Below are positions 40,001 through 48,195 of a DNA stretch of 64,000 nt, one piece after another. Below the pieces are notes generated by a model. That model saw nothing but the letters and a program-made list of their open reading frames with translations. It did no database searches and was not told the DNA's origin. The DNA comes from Coraliomargaritaceae bacterium (GTDB lineage: Bacteria; Verrucomicrobiota; Verrucomicrobiia; Opitutales; Coraliomargaritaceae): assembly GCA_965656495.1 (NCBI GenBank), contig CBFHKU010000003.1, positions 127,803-191,802 of the forward strand. The letters are read 5' to 3'. The position numbers and the translations under genes are program-made. Numbering within the stretch: position 1 is the stretch's first letter; every line of letters starts with the position of its first letter.

Positions 40001-40270
40001 AACCACCATGCCATAACCCTCGGAGGCGTTACCGCGTAGACGTTTGATGCCCTCCAGATCCTGGATGCGGTCCTCAATGAGTTCAACAATCCCGCTTTCG
40101 ACTTCTTCCGGGGCGGCGCCCGGATAGACGACACTTGCGGTGACGGTATCGAGGTCGAGTCGGGGGAAGAGCTCGAGCTTGATCGTGCTGGCAACATAGA
40201 AGCCGCAGACGATTGCAATCGCAGCAAGTAGGTTGGCGGCGACGCCGTTTTTTGTGAACCAACGGATCAT
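37076..40270 (-). CDS. RND efflux permease (AcrB/AcrD/AcrF family)
   Basis: GIVVDDAIIVGE, GVVVNDSLV, RFRPIILTSLTT; 1064 aa. Confidence 0.95.
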   Translation of the reverse strand: MIRWFTKNGVAANLLAAIAIVCGFYVASTIKLELFPRLDLDTVTASVVYPGAAPEEVESGIVELIEDRIQDLEGIKRLRGNASEGYGMVVIEVERGYDATELRDKVKSRIDGITNFPQEAERPNVEELLVRNPVIFLALYGDTDIRNLKEIGEYIRDELNTRHGISQVDINGVAPYEISINVSEKSLRRYGLTFSDVAQAVQRNSIDIPGGAIKSRAGEILLRTNAKAYRAPEFEALPVLTRSDGAIVTLGDVATIDDGFVDDELTTEFNDERAVLLSIYALGNQGVLDIAKRVRAFAKEVESELPPGIEIKPTNDFTYYLTGRLQMLIENGIFGLILVFLILTLFLRPSLAFFVMLGIPISFLGALTLLPWFDISINLASLFGFILVLGIVVDDAIIVGESIFTQYQKHGGPGVEASVQGTHRVSTPVTFAVLTTIVAFVPILTMPGFIGKFFFPIPVVVIACLIWSLIESKLVLPYHLTLCKVGSGSDRENLGWLLRQQRKIADGMERFVRERYRPLLERAIRFRYATVSFFIGLLAVMLSLLIGKHLPFVFFPEVPSDYMVAKLVMPEGTPAATTSAAIEKLEVSLQKLRDEVKAQGYGDPFENVTVTAGGQPFSNMGGPQGSVSGTINPSLGEVGVELLKREDLADGGDIELLSAPNLAKRWRELTGPIAGVKELLYDANAAGQGGSPIDIQISGRDFKQLSEVAEAIKVKLATYQGLYDIRDNYSSGKREIQLELKPAAQALGLRTDDLGRQVRAAFYGIEAQRIQRGRDDIKVMVRYPREERESLENLEELRIRTATGGEVPFEEVADFKITQGFSSITRVDRRRVLNITANADKDIADLEQIKADLSGRNNADEPYLDNLLKDYSGVSWSFEGEAREQADIFKSLFQTTILILFIIYALLAVPLKSYLQPLIVMFVIPFGLIGAILGHLLLGQAMSILSILGFVALAGVVVNDSLVLVDFINQERKRDVPLRDAIVNACSARFRPIILTSLTTFAGLLPLLFETSLQAQFLIPMATSLSFGVLFATAMTLLLVPAFYNILQDAIEAIIRSWNKAFKP

Positions 40271-41394
40271 TTGCTCGGAAGGATGTTGACCGGCATATTT
40301 TCTACAAAATATGCGATGGGACTGACCGCGACCTGTTCGCCGGGTTGCAAGCCGGATTCAATGATGACGCTGTCGGGGTCGCGTTTGACGATGCGCACTT
40401 CGCGGGTTTGGAGGGTATTGTTCTCGCTCAGGACATATACCGTGTTGGAACCACGCAGGGCGAGGCGGGGGATTTGGTAGGCGCCTTGTAGGTTTCGACC
40501 TTCAATCACGGCATCGACAAAAAGACCGCGACGGAGCGGGTGGGGTCCGTCGTAGGGGTCTTTGACTTCCGCGACGGCATAGAGAAGACGGCTCTGCGTA
40601 TCGATAGTGGCTTCGATGCGGGTAAGGGTGCCGCTCCAATGACGGTCATTGTGGTTCAGTTGAACCGGTGCGGGAGACTCGGATGGGTCGCGAAGAAAAG
40701 CGGCTTCTCTCTCGGTAATTGGGAGTCGAACTTCGGCGACCTCAGTTGCGTAAAGGCGGGCGGCGGGAGCGGCGGGAGCGGCGGAGTTGGGGGTTGCGAG
40801 TTGTCCGAGGTCAATATTTTTCTGGAGTACACGTCCGTCGTAAGGGGCACGTACTTTGGTTTTGGCGAGGTCGGAAGTAGCGCGTTCATGGGCGGCGCGG
40901 GCGCTACCCACGGCTGCTTCAGCATATTCCAATTGCGGCAGGCGCAGGGTGAGGGGGCTGGGTTCACCTTTTCCAATGGATTTCCAGTCGGCCTTTGCTT
41001 GGTCGGAAAGGGCTTTCTCCTGAGCGAGGGCGAGTTTAGCCTGAGCGAGTTCAGCGGCTCGGGCTGCCAGGGCGGCGCGGTAGTCGAGGGGATCGATTTC
41101 AAGTAGAACGTCTCCTTTTTTGAAATAACCACCGGGTCGGAAATTCTCAGCTACCGCAATAACGCGTCCGCTGACCTCAATCGCAAGGTCGGACTCGGTA
41201 AGGGGTAGCGCAGTCCCTTGGCTGGTCACACTCAGTTGAATGGTTTCAGGATGGACCTTGAGCACTTCGATGTTGGCAAGCGGCCTGGGGGCATCGCTTT
41301 TTTCAGGCTTGGGTTGGAACACAAGCAATACCCCTGAAAGTGCGGCAAATGCGGCCAAAACGAGAATGGGAATGGGAATGGGAATCTTTTTCAT
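40267..41394 (-). CDS. RND periplasmic adaptor subunit
   Basis: EVSGRV..G..FKKGDVL, hairpin coiled coil, VRAPYDG, SGLQPGEQV. Confidence 0.92.
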   Translation of the reverse strand: MKKIPIPIPILVLAAFAALSGVLLVFQPKPEKSDAPRPLANIEVLKVHPETIQLSVTSQGTALPLTESDLAIEVSGRVIAVAENFRPGGYFKKGDVLLEIDPLDYRAALAARAAELAQAKLALAQEKALSDQAKADWKSIGKGEPSPLTLRLPQLEYAEAAVGSARAAHERATSDLAKTKVRAPYDGRVLQKNIDLGQLATPNSAAPAAPAARLYATEVAEVRLPITEREAAFLRDPSESPAPVQLNHNDRHWSGTLTRIEATIDTQSRLLYAVAEVKDPYDGPHPLRRGLFVDAVIEGRNLQGAYQIPRLALRGSNTVYVLSENNTLQTREVRIVKRDPDSVIIESGLQPGEQVAVSPIAYFVENMPVNILPSK

Positions 41395-42770
41395 AATGAG
41401 GATTCAAAGTTGCCGCCGAGTGAAAGGAGGCAATCAATTCGGTTTTGCAGGCGTTGGTTTTGAATATTAATTTGGCGGCTCTGCGTTTGGGCGGCGGATC
41501 TTTGGGTAATGAGAACGTTAATGAATTCAAGGGTTCCCTTTTCGTAGCGTTCCCGTGCGAGGCGCTCCGCGGCTTGGGCCTCACTGCTTGCGAGCGTCAG
41601 CTTCTCGGATTCTTTCTTGAGAAAATGTTCAGCGGAGAGGGCGTTTTCGACTTCGAGGAAAGCCCGGAGGGCGGTGTTGTGGTAATTAGCTTCTGCTTGC
41701 TGCAGTTGTGATTGTGCGCGTTGGACATCTGCCTTTATGCGTCCTCCCTGAAAGAGCGGCTGTGTTAGATTGCCCAGAATACTTCCAACACGGAAGCTAC
41801 TGTCCATGAGATCCTCAAATTCTCTGGAGGCGGTTCCGGCGGAAGCGGTCAGGCTCAATGCGGGAAGCCAAGCCCTGCGTTTGGCGCGAACCGTTTTTTC
41901 GGCGGCTTGAACCCGTGCTTTTGCAGCCCGCAGATCCGGGCGACGTTCCAGAAGTTCGGACGGAATGCCGGCGGGGACAGGCTTGGCTAGTTCGGGGAGC
42001 TGGTGGTTGCTTTTGAGTTCAGCGGCGGGGTAGCGGCCGAGCAATAGTTCGAGGGTGCGGCTTGCTTCACGGGTCGCTCGTCGCCGTACTTCAAGGTCCG
42101 CTCCGGCGGTGGCGGCTTCGGTGCGAAGTTGACGCAGCTCCAGGCTGTTGCCAATGCCGCGATTGTAGCGGTCTTCCAGGGTTTGGAGTTGCTGTTGGTA
42201 GGAGCGATTCGTTTTGCGGCTTAGCTGAAGCTGGGCCTGCGCTTCCTTGAGGTTGAACCATGCTTTGCACACTTGAGCCGCCAGCGAAAGGCGGGCGGCC
42301 TCGTAGTCTTTGGCGCTTGCCTCAGCGAGGGCGCGGGCGGCCTTTGTCTGGTTGGCAAGTCGCCCCCAAAGGTCAAGTTCCCAGCTTAGATTGAGCCCCA
42401 GTTGATAGTTATTTAAATAATTATAACCGTAGAGGGGGCCGGTGCGTTGACGTTGCGCTTGTAATCCAACATTAGCGAGCGGCATGCGGGCGGCACGGCT
42501 GAGGCCCGCCTCGGCGAGCGCTTGGTCGACTCGGGCGGCGGTCGTCCGCAGGTCGGCATTGTTGACCAATGCTTCCGCGACCAGTCCCTCGAGCTGCGGG
42601 TCGCCCAAATCTTCCAGCCAATTGAGTGCCGGTGCGGTGCTCAGGGAATCCGGGGCCTGCCAGTTGGCGGGCGGCGCCAGCTCAGGCAGGGGCTCAGCTG
42701 GGGGTACTTGCTTACAGGCACCTAGCAATGAAGCTGCGCCCAACAAAAGAAAGCTGTAGTTCTTACCCAT
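41391..42770 (-). CDS. Outer-membrane efflux lipoprotein (NodT/TolC family)
   Basis: Lipobox LLGAC, SWELDLWG, PSELLERRPD, PLFQGG. Confidence 0.93.
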   Translation of the reverse strand: MGKNYSFLLLGAASLLGACKQVPPAEPLPELAPPANWQAPDSLSTAPALNWLEDLGDPQLEGLVAEALVNNADLRTTAARVDQALAEAGLSRAARMPLANVGLQAQRQRTGPLYGYNYLNNYQLGLNLSWELDLWGRLANQTKAARALAEASAKDYEAARLSLAAQVCKAWFNLKEAQAQLQLSRKTNRSYQQQLQTLEDRYNRGIGNSLELRQLRTEAATAGADLEVRRRATREASRTLELLLGRYPAAELKSNHQLPELAKPVPAGIPSELLERRPDLRAAKARVQAAEKTVRAKRRAWLPALSLTASAGTASREFEDLMDSSFRVGSILGNLTQPLFQGGRIKADVQRAQSQLQQAEANYHNTALRAFLEVENALSAEHFLKKESEKLTLASSEAQAAERLARERYEKGTLEFINVLITQRSAAQTQSRQINIQNQRLQNRIDCLLSLGGNFESSL

Positions 42771-42856
42771 GTATCGTTTGCTATACCTGCAAAGGAACGC
42801 TTTGGAATGCCCAAAACTTACATCGTAGGCTCGCGCCGTTTGTTTCACCAAGCGGA

Positions 42857-43162
42857 TTAGGCTTCCTCAAAGCGACGCTTAAAAAGGTCGGTCAACTGCT
42901 CCAGCATATTGTTGGCGCTGTCAGCTGGACCCTCGGTGTGAATGGTGAGCTTCGAGCCTTTGCCCGCAGCAAGCATCATGAGCCCCATGATACTTTTTCC
43001 ATTAACGCGCTCCTCGTCCTTTTCCACCCAGACTTCGCCGCTGTAAGTATTTGCAATGCGAACAATCATAGCCGCCGGACGCGCGTGAATGCCCATTTTG
43101 TTTTGAACAATGAGCTCCAGGCTGTTGCTGGCGTTGGCTTGGTCTGCTTCGGGTGTCGACAT
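42857..43162 (-). CDS. ptsH: HPr phosphocarrier protein
   Basis: GIHARPAA (His15) and GKSIMGLMML (Ser46) motifs. Confidence 0.92.
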   Translation of the reverse strand: MSTPEADQANASNSLELIVQNKMGIHARPAAMIVRIANTYSGEVWVEKDEERVNGKSIMGLMMLAAGKGSKLTIHTEGPADSANNMLEQLTDLFKRRFEEA

Positions 43163-43249
43163 AAGCAAGGATAGTTTCGTGCGTGAACACGATACAGAGG
43201 AAGCTTTTGTAGCGTCAAGGGGTAAAAAAACAGGTTAAAACATGCCTTC

Positions 43250-45028
43250 CTATCGGCTGAATTCAACGATTTGATCGCTCTGGTGGCTCCACAGGCGGGC
43301 GTAATGTCCTTCTGCTTCAATGAGGTTATTGTGTGACCCGCTCTCTATTACGCGGCCTTGCTCCAATACAACAATGGTATCGGCGCGGCGGACGGTTGAG
43401 AGGCGATGCGCGATCACGAGAACGGTACGGTCCTGCATGAGATGTTCGAGGGCTTCTTGTATTTTGCGCTCTGTGATGGTGTCGACGCTCGCAGTGGCCT
43501 CGTCCAAAATTACAAATGGCGGATTCTTCAGGAAGACGCGGGCGATGGTCAGGCGCTGCTTTTCGCCCTGACTCAGGCGGATGCCTTTCTCTCCGATATT
43601 GGTGTCGAGTCCAAGCGGAAGGCTTTTGACGAAATCCCAGGCGCAGGCCTGCTCAAGGGCATGGATCAGTTCGGATTCACTCGCCTCCTGACAGGCCAGG
43701 CGTAGGTTGTCGCGGACGCTGCCCTCAAAAAGAAAGGGATCCTGCGCGACATGTCCCACTTTGTCGTGTAAGTCATCAAGGGCGAGGTCGCGGATGTCGA
43801 TTCCGGACAACCGGATGGTTCCGCTGCTGGCATCACAGGTGCGCATCGCGAGGTTCGCCACCGTGGACTTGCCTGCTCCGGTGTGGCCCACGAGCGCGGT
43901 TACTTGATTGGCGGCAATGGTGAGGTTAAAATCACGCAGTACGGTGTCGCGGGTGGGGTAGGCAAAGTTCACGCCTTCAAAGCGTGCCTCAATCGGTCCA
44001 TCCGGCAGGCGATGGGGGTCATCGGTCTCTGCTATTTCAAGGGGGGTATCGAGAATTTCAAAAACACGTTCGCCGGAAGCCCGCCCCGCCGCGATCAAAT
44101 GGTTGAGCCCATGCAGCAGGGAGAGGGGCATGTAGAGCATGTTGGCGTAAAGAAAGAAAGCGATGAGTTTGCCGATGGTAAAATCCTCGGCGCCCTGCAA
44201 CACGAAGTAACCGCCCACGCCGACAATACTGAGAAAACCAAGCTTGGTGATCAGGCTGGTGCCGGGGCTGTAAAGCGACCAACGATACATCGCGGAGAGG
44301 GTCTTGCCGCGCAGATCGCTCGCTTTCGCGTCAAAGCGGGCCGATTCGCGGGCCTGTAGCCCGAAGCTTTGAATCAAACGGTTCCCCTGAATATCCTCTA
44401 CCAGCAAACTGTTGAGGTCAGCGGCACTTTCCCGCACTCCTTTCCAGACGGTACGTGATTTTTTGGAATAAAAGATTCCGAGGATGAGAAGGATGGGCAC
44501 CGGAAGGAAGACGCCCCAGGCGAGGGCGGGCTCCATTGTAAAGAGAATAGCGGTAATACCCACGATGCGCAGTATTGCACCGGTTCCTTGTTCGGTGCCG
44601 TCGAGGAGGGCGCGTTCCACCGCCGCCACGTCTTCAATCACCCGCGAGGAAATTTCCCCGCTCTTGCGTTGGTCGTAAAAGGACGCGGGCAAGCGCAAGA
44701 GCTTCTCGTGCAGGTCGCGCCGCATCTCAAGCAGCACCTGTTGTTCAAGACGGTTGTTGACCCGTATTCGCAGGCTGTTGAGCACCTCGCTCCCGATGTA
44801 AAGCAGACCAATGATTCCCACCCCCCAGAGGAGCGCACTCAGTTGCCCGTTTTCTTGGATTGAATCGAGAATGACTTGGATCATCTTCGGGGCCGCGACC
44901 TCCAGCACTGTCATCCCCGCCGCCAAACCGATCGTCAGCCAAAATAAACCCTTGTAGCGAAACAAGTAGGATGAGACCCGCAGGATCGTATTGGGCTTCG
45001 CTTTGGATTTTTCCGCTTCCCTTGGCAT
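43250..45028 (-). CDS. ABC exporter, fused permease/ATPase
   Basis: TM domain plus GHTGAGKST, LSQGEKQR, ILDEATAS, IAHRLST; start taken at MPREAEK. Confidence 0.93.
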   Translation of the reverse strand: MPREAEKSKAKPNTILRVSSYLFRYKGLFWLTIGLAAGMTVLEVAAPKMIQVILDSIQENGQLSALLWGVGIIGLLYIGSEVLNSLRIRVNNRLEQQVLLEMRRDLHEKLLRLPASFYDQRKSGEISSRVIEDVAAVERALLDGTEQGTGAILRIVGITAILFTMEPALAWGVFLPVPILLILGIFYSKKSRTVWKGVRESAADLNSLLVEDIQGNRLIQSFGLQARESARFDAKASDLRGKTLSAMYRWSLYSPGTSLITKLGFLSIVGVGGYFVLQGAEDFTIGKLIAFFLYANMLYMPLSLLHGLNHLIAAGRASGERVFEILDTPLEIAETDDPHRLPDGPIEARFEGVNFAYPTRDTVLRDFNLTIAANQVTALVGHTGAGKSTVANLAMRTCDASSGTIRLSGIDIRDLALDDLHDKVGHVAQDPFLFEGSVRDNLRLACQEASESELIHALEQACAWDFVKSLPLGLDTNIGEKGIRLSQGEKQRLTIARVFLKNPPFVILDEATASVDTITERKIQEALEHLMQDRTVLVIAHRLSTVRRADTIVVLEQGRVIESGSHNNLIEAEGHYARLWSHQSDQIVEFSR

Positions 45029-45167
45029 AGCCGACGAGCTAATTCCTGTTTTCCGCTCAAGGCAAATGCGAAAGCGTAAAATTAAGGTTGTCAGGGAACC
45101 ACTCCCCATGCTCTATGAATGAACCCTGCAGCACATTGCAGAGGTTTTATCCAATCTGATACACATT

Positions 45168-45473
45168 ATGTCTGTTCGACTATACGTAGGAAATTTGTCA
45201 TTTGACGCCACTGGCGACGACTTAAACGAGATCTTCTCTGAATGCGGAGCGGTCGAGGAAGCTATCATCATCACGCGCCCGGGTGGCGGACGTCCCCGCG
45301 GCTTTGGCTTTGTCACAATGAGTGATCCCGAAGAAGCGGCGGATGCCATCGCGCAACTCGATGGCCTCGAACTCGCAGGCCGTCCCCTCAAGGTCAATGT
45401 CGCCAAGGATCGCGAGGAAAGCGACGAGCGTCGCGACCGCGACGAGGACGAGGACGATTTTGACGACGAGTAG
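45168..45473 (+). CDS. RRM RNA-binding protein with acidic tail
   Basis: RNP2 LYVGNL and RNP1 RGFGFV. Confidence 0.93.
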   Translation: MSVRLYVGNLSFDATGDDLNEIFSECGAVEEAIIITRPGGGRPRGFGFVTMSDPEEAADAIAQLDGLELAGRPLKVNVAKDREESDERRDRDEDEDDFDDE

Positions 45474-45481
45474 TCTGCCCT

Positions 45482-46003
45482 TCAGTCGGCGTTAAATCCC
45501 ATCCGGCGCCGCGTGCCGGGTTCCGTTTCGCGGGTCTCCATCAAAGGCAGCAACTGGGTGTAGATATCGTAAAGGGCCTGATCGTGCGACAAGAGGCTCT
45601 TGTCAACTTCTGCCAGGCGCCTGAGGATTTCATGATTCATACTCATCGCCTCCCGCAGCTTCACAAAAGCCTCGATAATAAAAACACTCATCGTAGTGGC
45701 CTTCTTCGTTCGCAGCACACTGGAGGCCATTAAAGCCCCGTGTTCCGTAAAAACCCGGGGCGGTTTGCGTCGCCCTCCGTGCCTCAAACTTGATATCACA
45801 TTTTGTGACATCAAGTTCATAAGTTCTTCTCTACTAAGGACAAAGGTAAATCTCGCGGGAAAGCGCCCCTTGTTTCTCGCGACTGCCTGATTTAACGCCG
45901 TGGTCGTGGTTCCATATACCTCCGCCAAATCGCTATCCAGAATGACCGCCTGACCCCGAATCTGACAGATCTTATCACTGATAATGGAAGTGTCCAATTC
46001 CAT
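45482..46003 (-). CDS. ORF6N (KilA-N-like) DNA-binding domain protein
   Basis: IRGQAVILDSDLAEVYG..LNQAVARN..RFP..F.F.L..GGRRK.P..FTEHG..S.VL pattern. Confidence 0.88.
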   Translation of the reverse strand: MELDTSIISDKICQIRGQAVILDSDLAEVYGTTTTALNQAVARNKGRFPARFTFVLSREELMNLMSQNVISSLRHGGRRKPPRVFTEHGALMASSVLRTKKATTMSVFIIEAFVKLREAMSMNHEILRRLAEVDKSLLSHDQALYDIYTQLLPLMETRETEPGTRRRMGFNAD

Positions 46004-46136
46004 GATTATTATTTTTACAAATGTAAAAATATTCCGCAAGAGAAAATATAAAAGCCGCTGAAGGAATCGTTAACGGAATGTGGCATGAAAAGAATGGACG
46101 CCCCGCCACAAAGGGTTTTTCATCCTCAAACTTACA

Positions 46137-46382
<246 letters not shown>

Positions 46383-46451
46383 CACCTCGCTGGGGTGGGG
46401 GTTGCGTCTGGGTCGTTTATTTGGTTCGATTCCTGCATAATGGAGGATCGT

Positions 46452-47351
46452 ATGACTACCCTGATTTCTGAGTTTATGGCGGCGCATGCCTTGCCGGATT
46501 CCTTTGCGGCGCTTGCCTCTGAGACCTATATTCCGTTGGCGGAGCGGGTGGCGGGTTGGCAAGGTGCTGAGGGGGGTCCTTTGGGTTTGGCATTAAACGG
46601 CGGGCAGGGGACGGGTAAATCGACTTTGGCGGCCTTTTTGAGGGTTTATTTGGAGCGTTTTCACGGTTTGCGGGTTTTTGTGCTGTCGTTGGACGATCTG
46701 TATTTAACGCGGGCGGAGCGTGCTGAATTGGGTGAGCGGGTGCACCCGCTGCTCGCGACGCGTGGGGTGCCGGGCACGCACGATCTTGGGATTGGCATGG
46801 ATGTTGCAAATGGGTGCTTAAGCCATGAACACACAACGATCCATTCCCCTGTCTTTGAGAAAGCAAATGACGACCGAGCGCCCCGCGAGGTTTGGCCGGT
46901 TATTTCGGCTCCGGTCGATCTTCTGATTTTGGAGGGTTGGTGTGTGGGCGCGCTCCCTGAACCGGAGGCGGCGCTCGCTGAACCGATCAATGAACTGGAA
47001 CGCGAGGATGACCCAAAGGCGTCATGGCGGACTTACGTTAACGAGCAACTCAAAATGAATTACCAAACTTTCTTTTCCTTATTCTCCCGGCGGGTGATGT
47101 TGAAAGCCCCGGATTTTGATTGTATTTTGCGTTGGCGGACCAAGCAGGAACATAAATTACGGGAAAAATTGTCGGCTTCGGGAACCGCGCATGCCGGTTT
47201 GATGGATGATGCCGCGGTGGCTCGCTTCATTATGCACTACGAGCGTTTGACGCGTTGGATGCTCGCGGAAATGCCCGCCCGGGTCGATGCCTGCATTGAA
47301 TTAAACGAAGCGCATGGGGCCGAGCGCCTTGTGTTCCGGGACGATGGTTAA
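46452..47351 (+). CDS. GLYK-type D-glycerate 3-kinase (P-loop)
   Basis: GGQGTGKST, SLDDLYLT, TRGVPGTHD, LILEGWCVG, F..HYERLT; GGAGG precedes ATG 46452. Confidence 0.8.
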   Translation: MTTLISEFMAAHALPDSFAALASETYIPLAERVAGWQGAEGGPLGLALNGGQGTGKSTLAAFLRVYLERFHGLRVFVLSLDDLYLTRAERAELGERVHPLLATRGVPGTHDLGIGMDVANGCLSHEHTTIHSPVFEKANDDRAPREVWPVISAPVDLLILEGWCVGALPEPEAALAEPINELEREDDPKASWRTYVNEQLKMNYQTFFSLFSRRVMLKAPDFDCILRWRTKQEHKLREKLSASGTAHAGLMDDAAVARFIMHYERLTRWMLAEMPARVDACIELNEAHGAERLVFRDDG

Positions 47352-48195
47352 GACCGCATGGTTGATTTGCACGGATCTGGATGCCTCGCTTCTGGATGCG
47401 GCATACGAGTGGGCCGGCGCGGAGGTTGCCCTGAGTGCGGTGCGCGCCCTGGGCGTTCCTCTGGTTCTGAATTCAAGCAAGACCTTTGCGGAGATGGCGC
47501 CCTTTGCCGCAGCGCTCGATCCACTCGCGCCGGTGATTGCGGAAAACGGCACTGCGATCGGTTATCCGCAATGTTGGGGCTTGGGGTCAGCAGATGCGAA
47601 GGTGGATTCCTACAGTGTTGAATACTGCGGTATGAAGCGGACAGAATTATTGCGAATCGCGCACGATCTGCGGGAGCGGAAGGGGTATCGCTTTCGGGGT
47701 TTTTCGGAGATGGAAGCGGAAGCATTGACCGAGACGCTGGGCCTCGACGCCAAGCAGGCGCACGCCGCGTTGGAGCGACACGGCAGCGAGCCGATCGATT
47801 GGCTGGACTCGGTGGAAGCGCTTGAGGATTTCAGCGATTCGTTGGCAGGGGAGGGCATCACGCTGGTGCGGGGCGGGCGTTTTGAGCACCTGATGCCATC
47901 GCATCAAAGCAAGGGCACCGCGCTGATGGATGTCCTGCAACGCTACCGCTCGCGTCAACCTGAGTTGCAATGGAAGGTCCTTGCGATTGGCGACAGCCCC
48001 AACGATTGCTCCATGCTCGAAATCGCCGATCAAGCCCTTGTCATCCCCAACCCCAAGCGCGGAACCCTCAAACTAAAACGCCCGGATTACGAAGTGGCAC
48101 CTGCTCCGGGGCCGGAGGGCTGGGGTATCGCCGTTCTCAATTTCCTATCAACCCAAGTTTCATCTACCACTAACTACTACAAGCGCCATGAGTGA
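47344..48195 (+). CDS. HAD-IIB glucosyl/mannosyl-3-phosphoglycerate phosphatase (GpgP/MpgP)
   Basis: TDLDASLL, NSSKT.AE, IAENG, GGRF.H, GDSPND..ML, GPEGW. Confidence 0.88.
   Translation: MVKTAWLICTDLDASLLDAAYEWAGAEVALSAVRALGVPLVLNSSKTFAEMAPFAAALDPLAPVIAENGTAIGYPQCWGLGSADAKVDSYSVEYCGMKRTELLRIAHDLRERKGYRFRGFSEMEAEALTETLGLDAKQAHAALERHGSEPIDWLDSVEALEDFSDSLAGEGITLVRGGRFEHLMPSHQSKGTALMDVLQRYRSRQPELQWKVLAIGDSPNDCSMLEIADQALVIPNPKRGTLKLKRPDYEVAPAPGPEGWGIAVLNFLSTQVSSTTNYYKRHE

Noticed and set aside
41364..41386. (GAATGG)n hexamer run as a phase-variation tract
   Set aside because: Short and frame-preserving; it just encodes IPIPIP.
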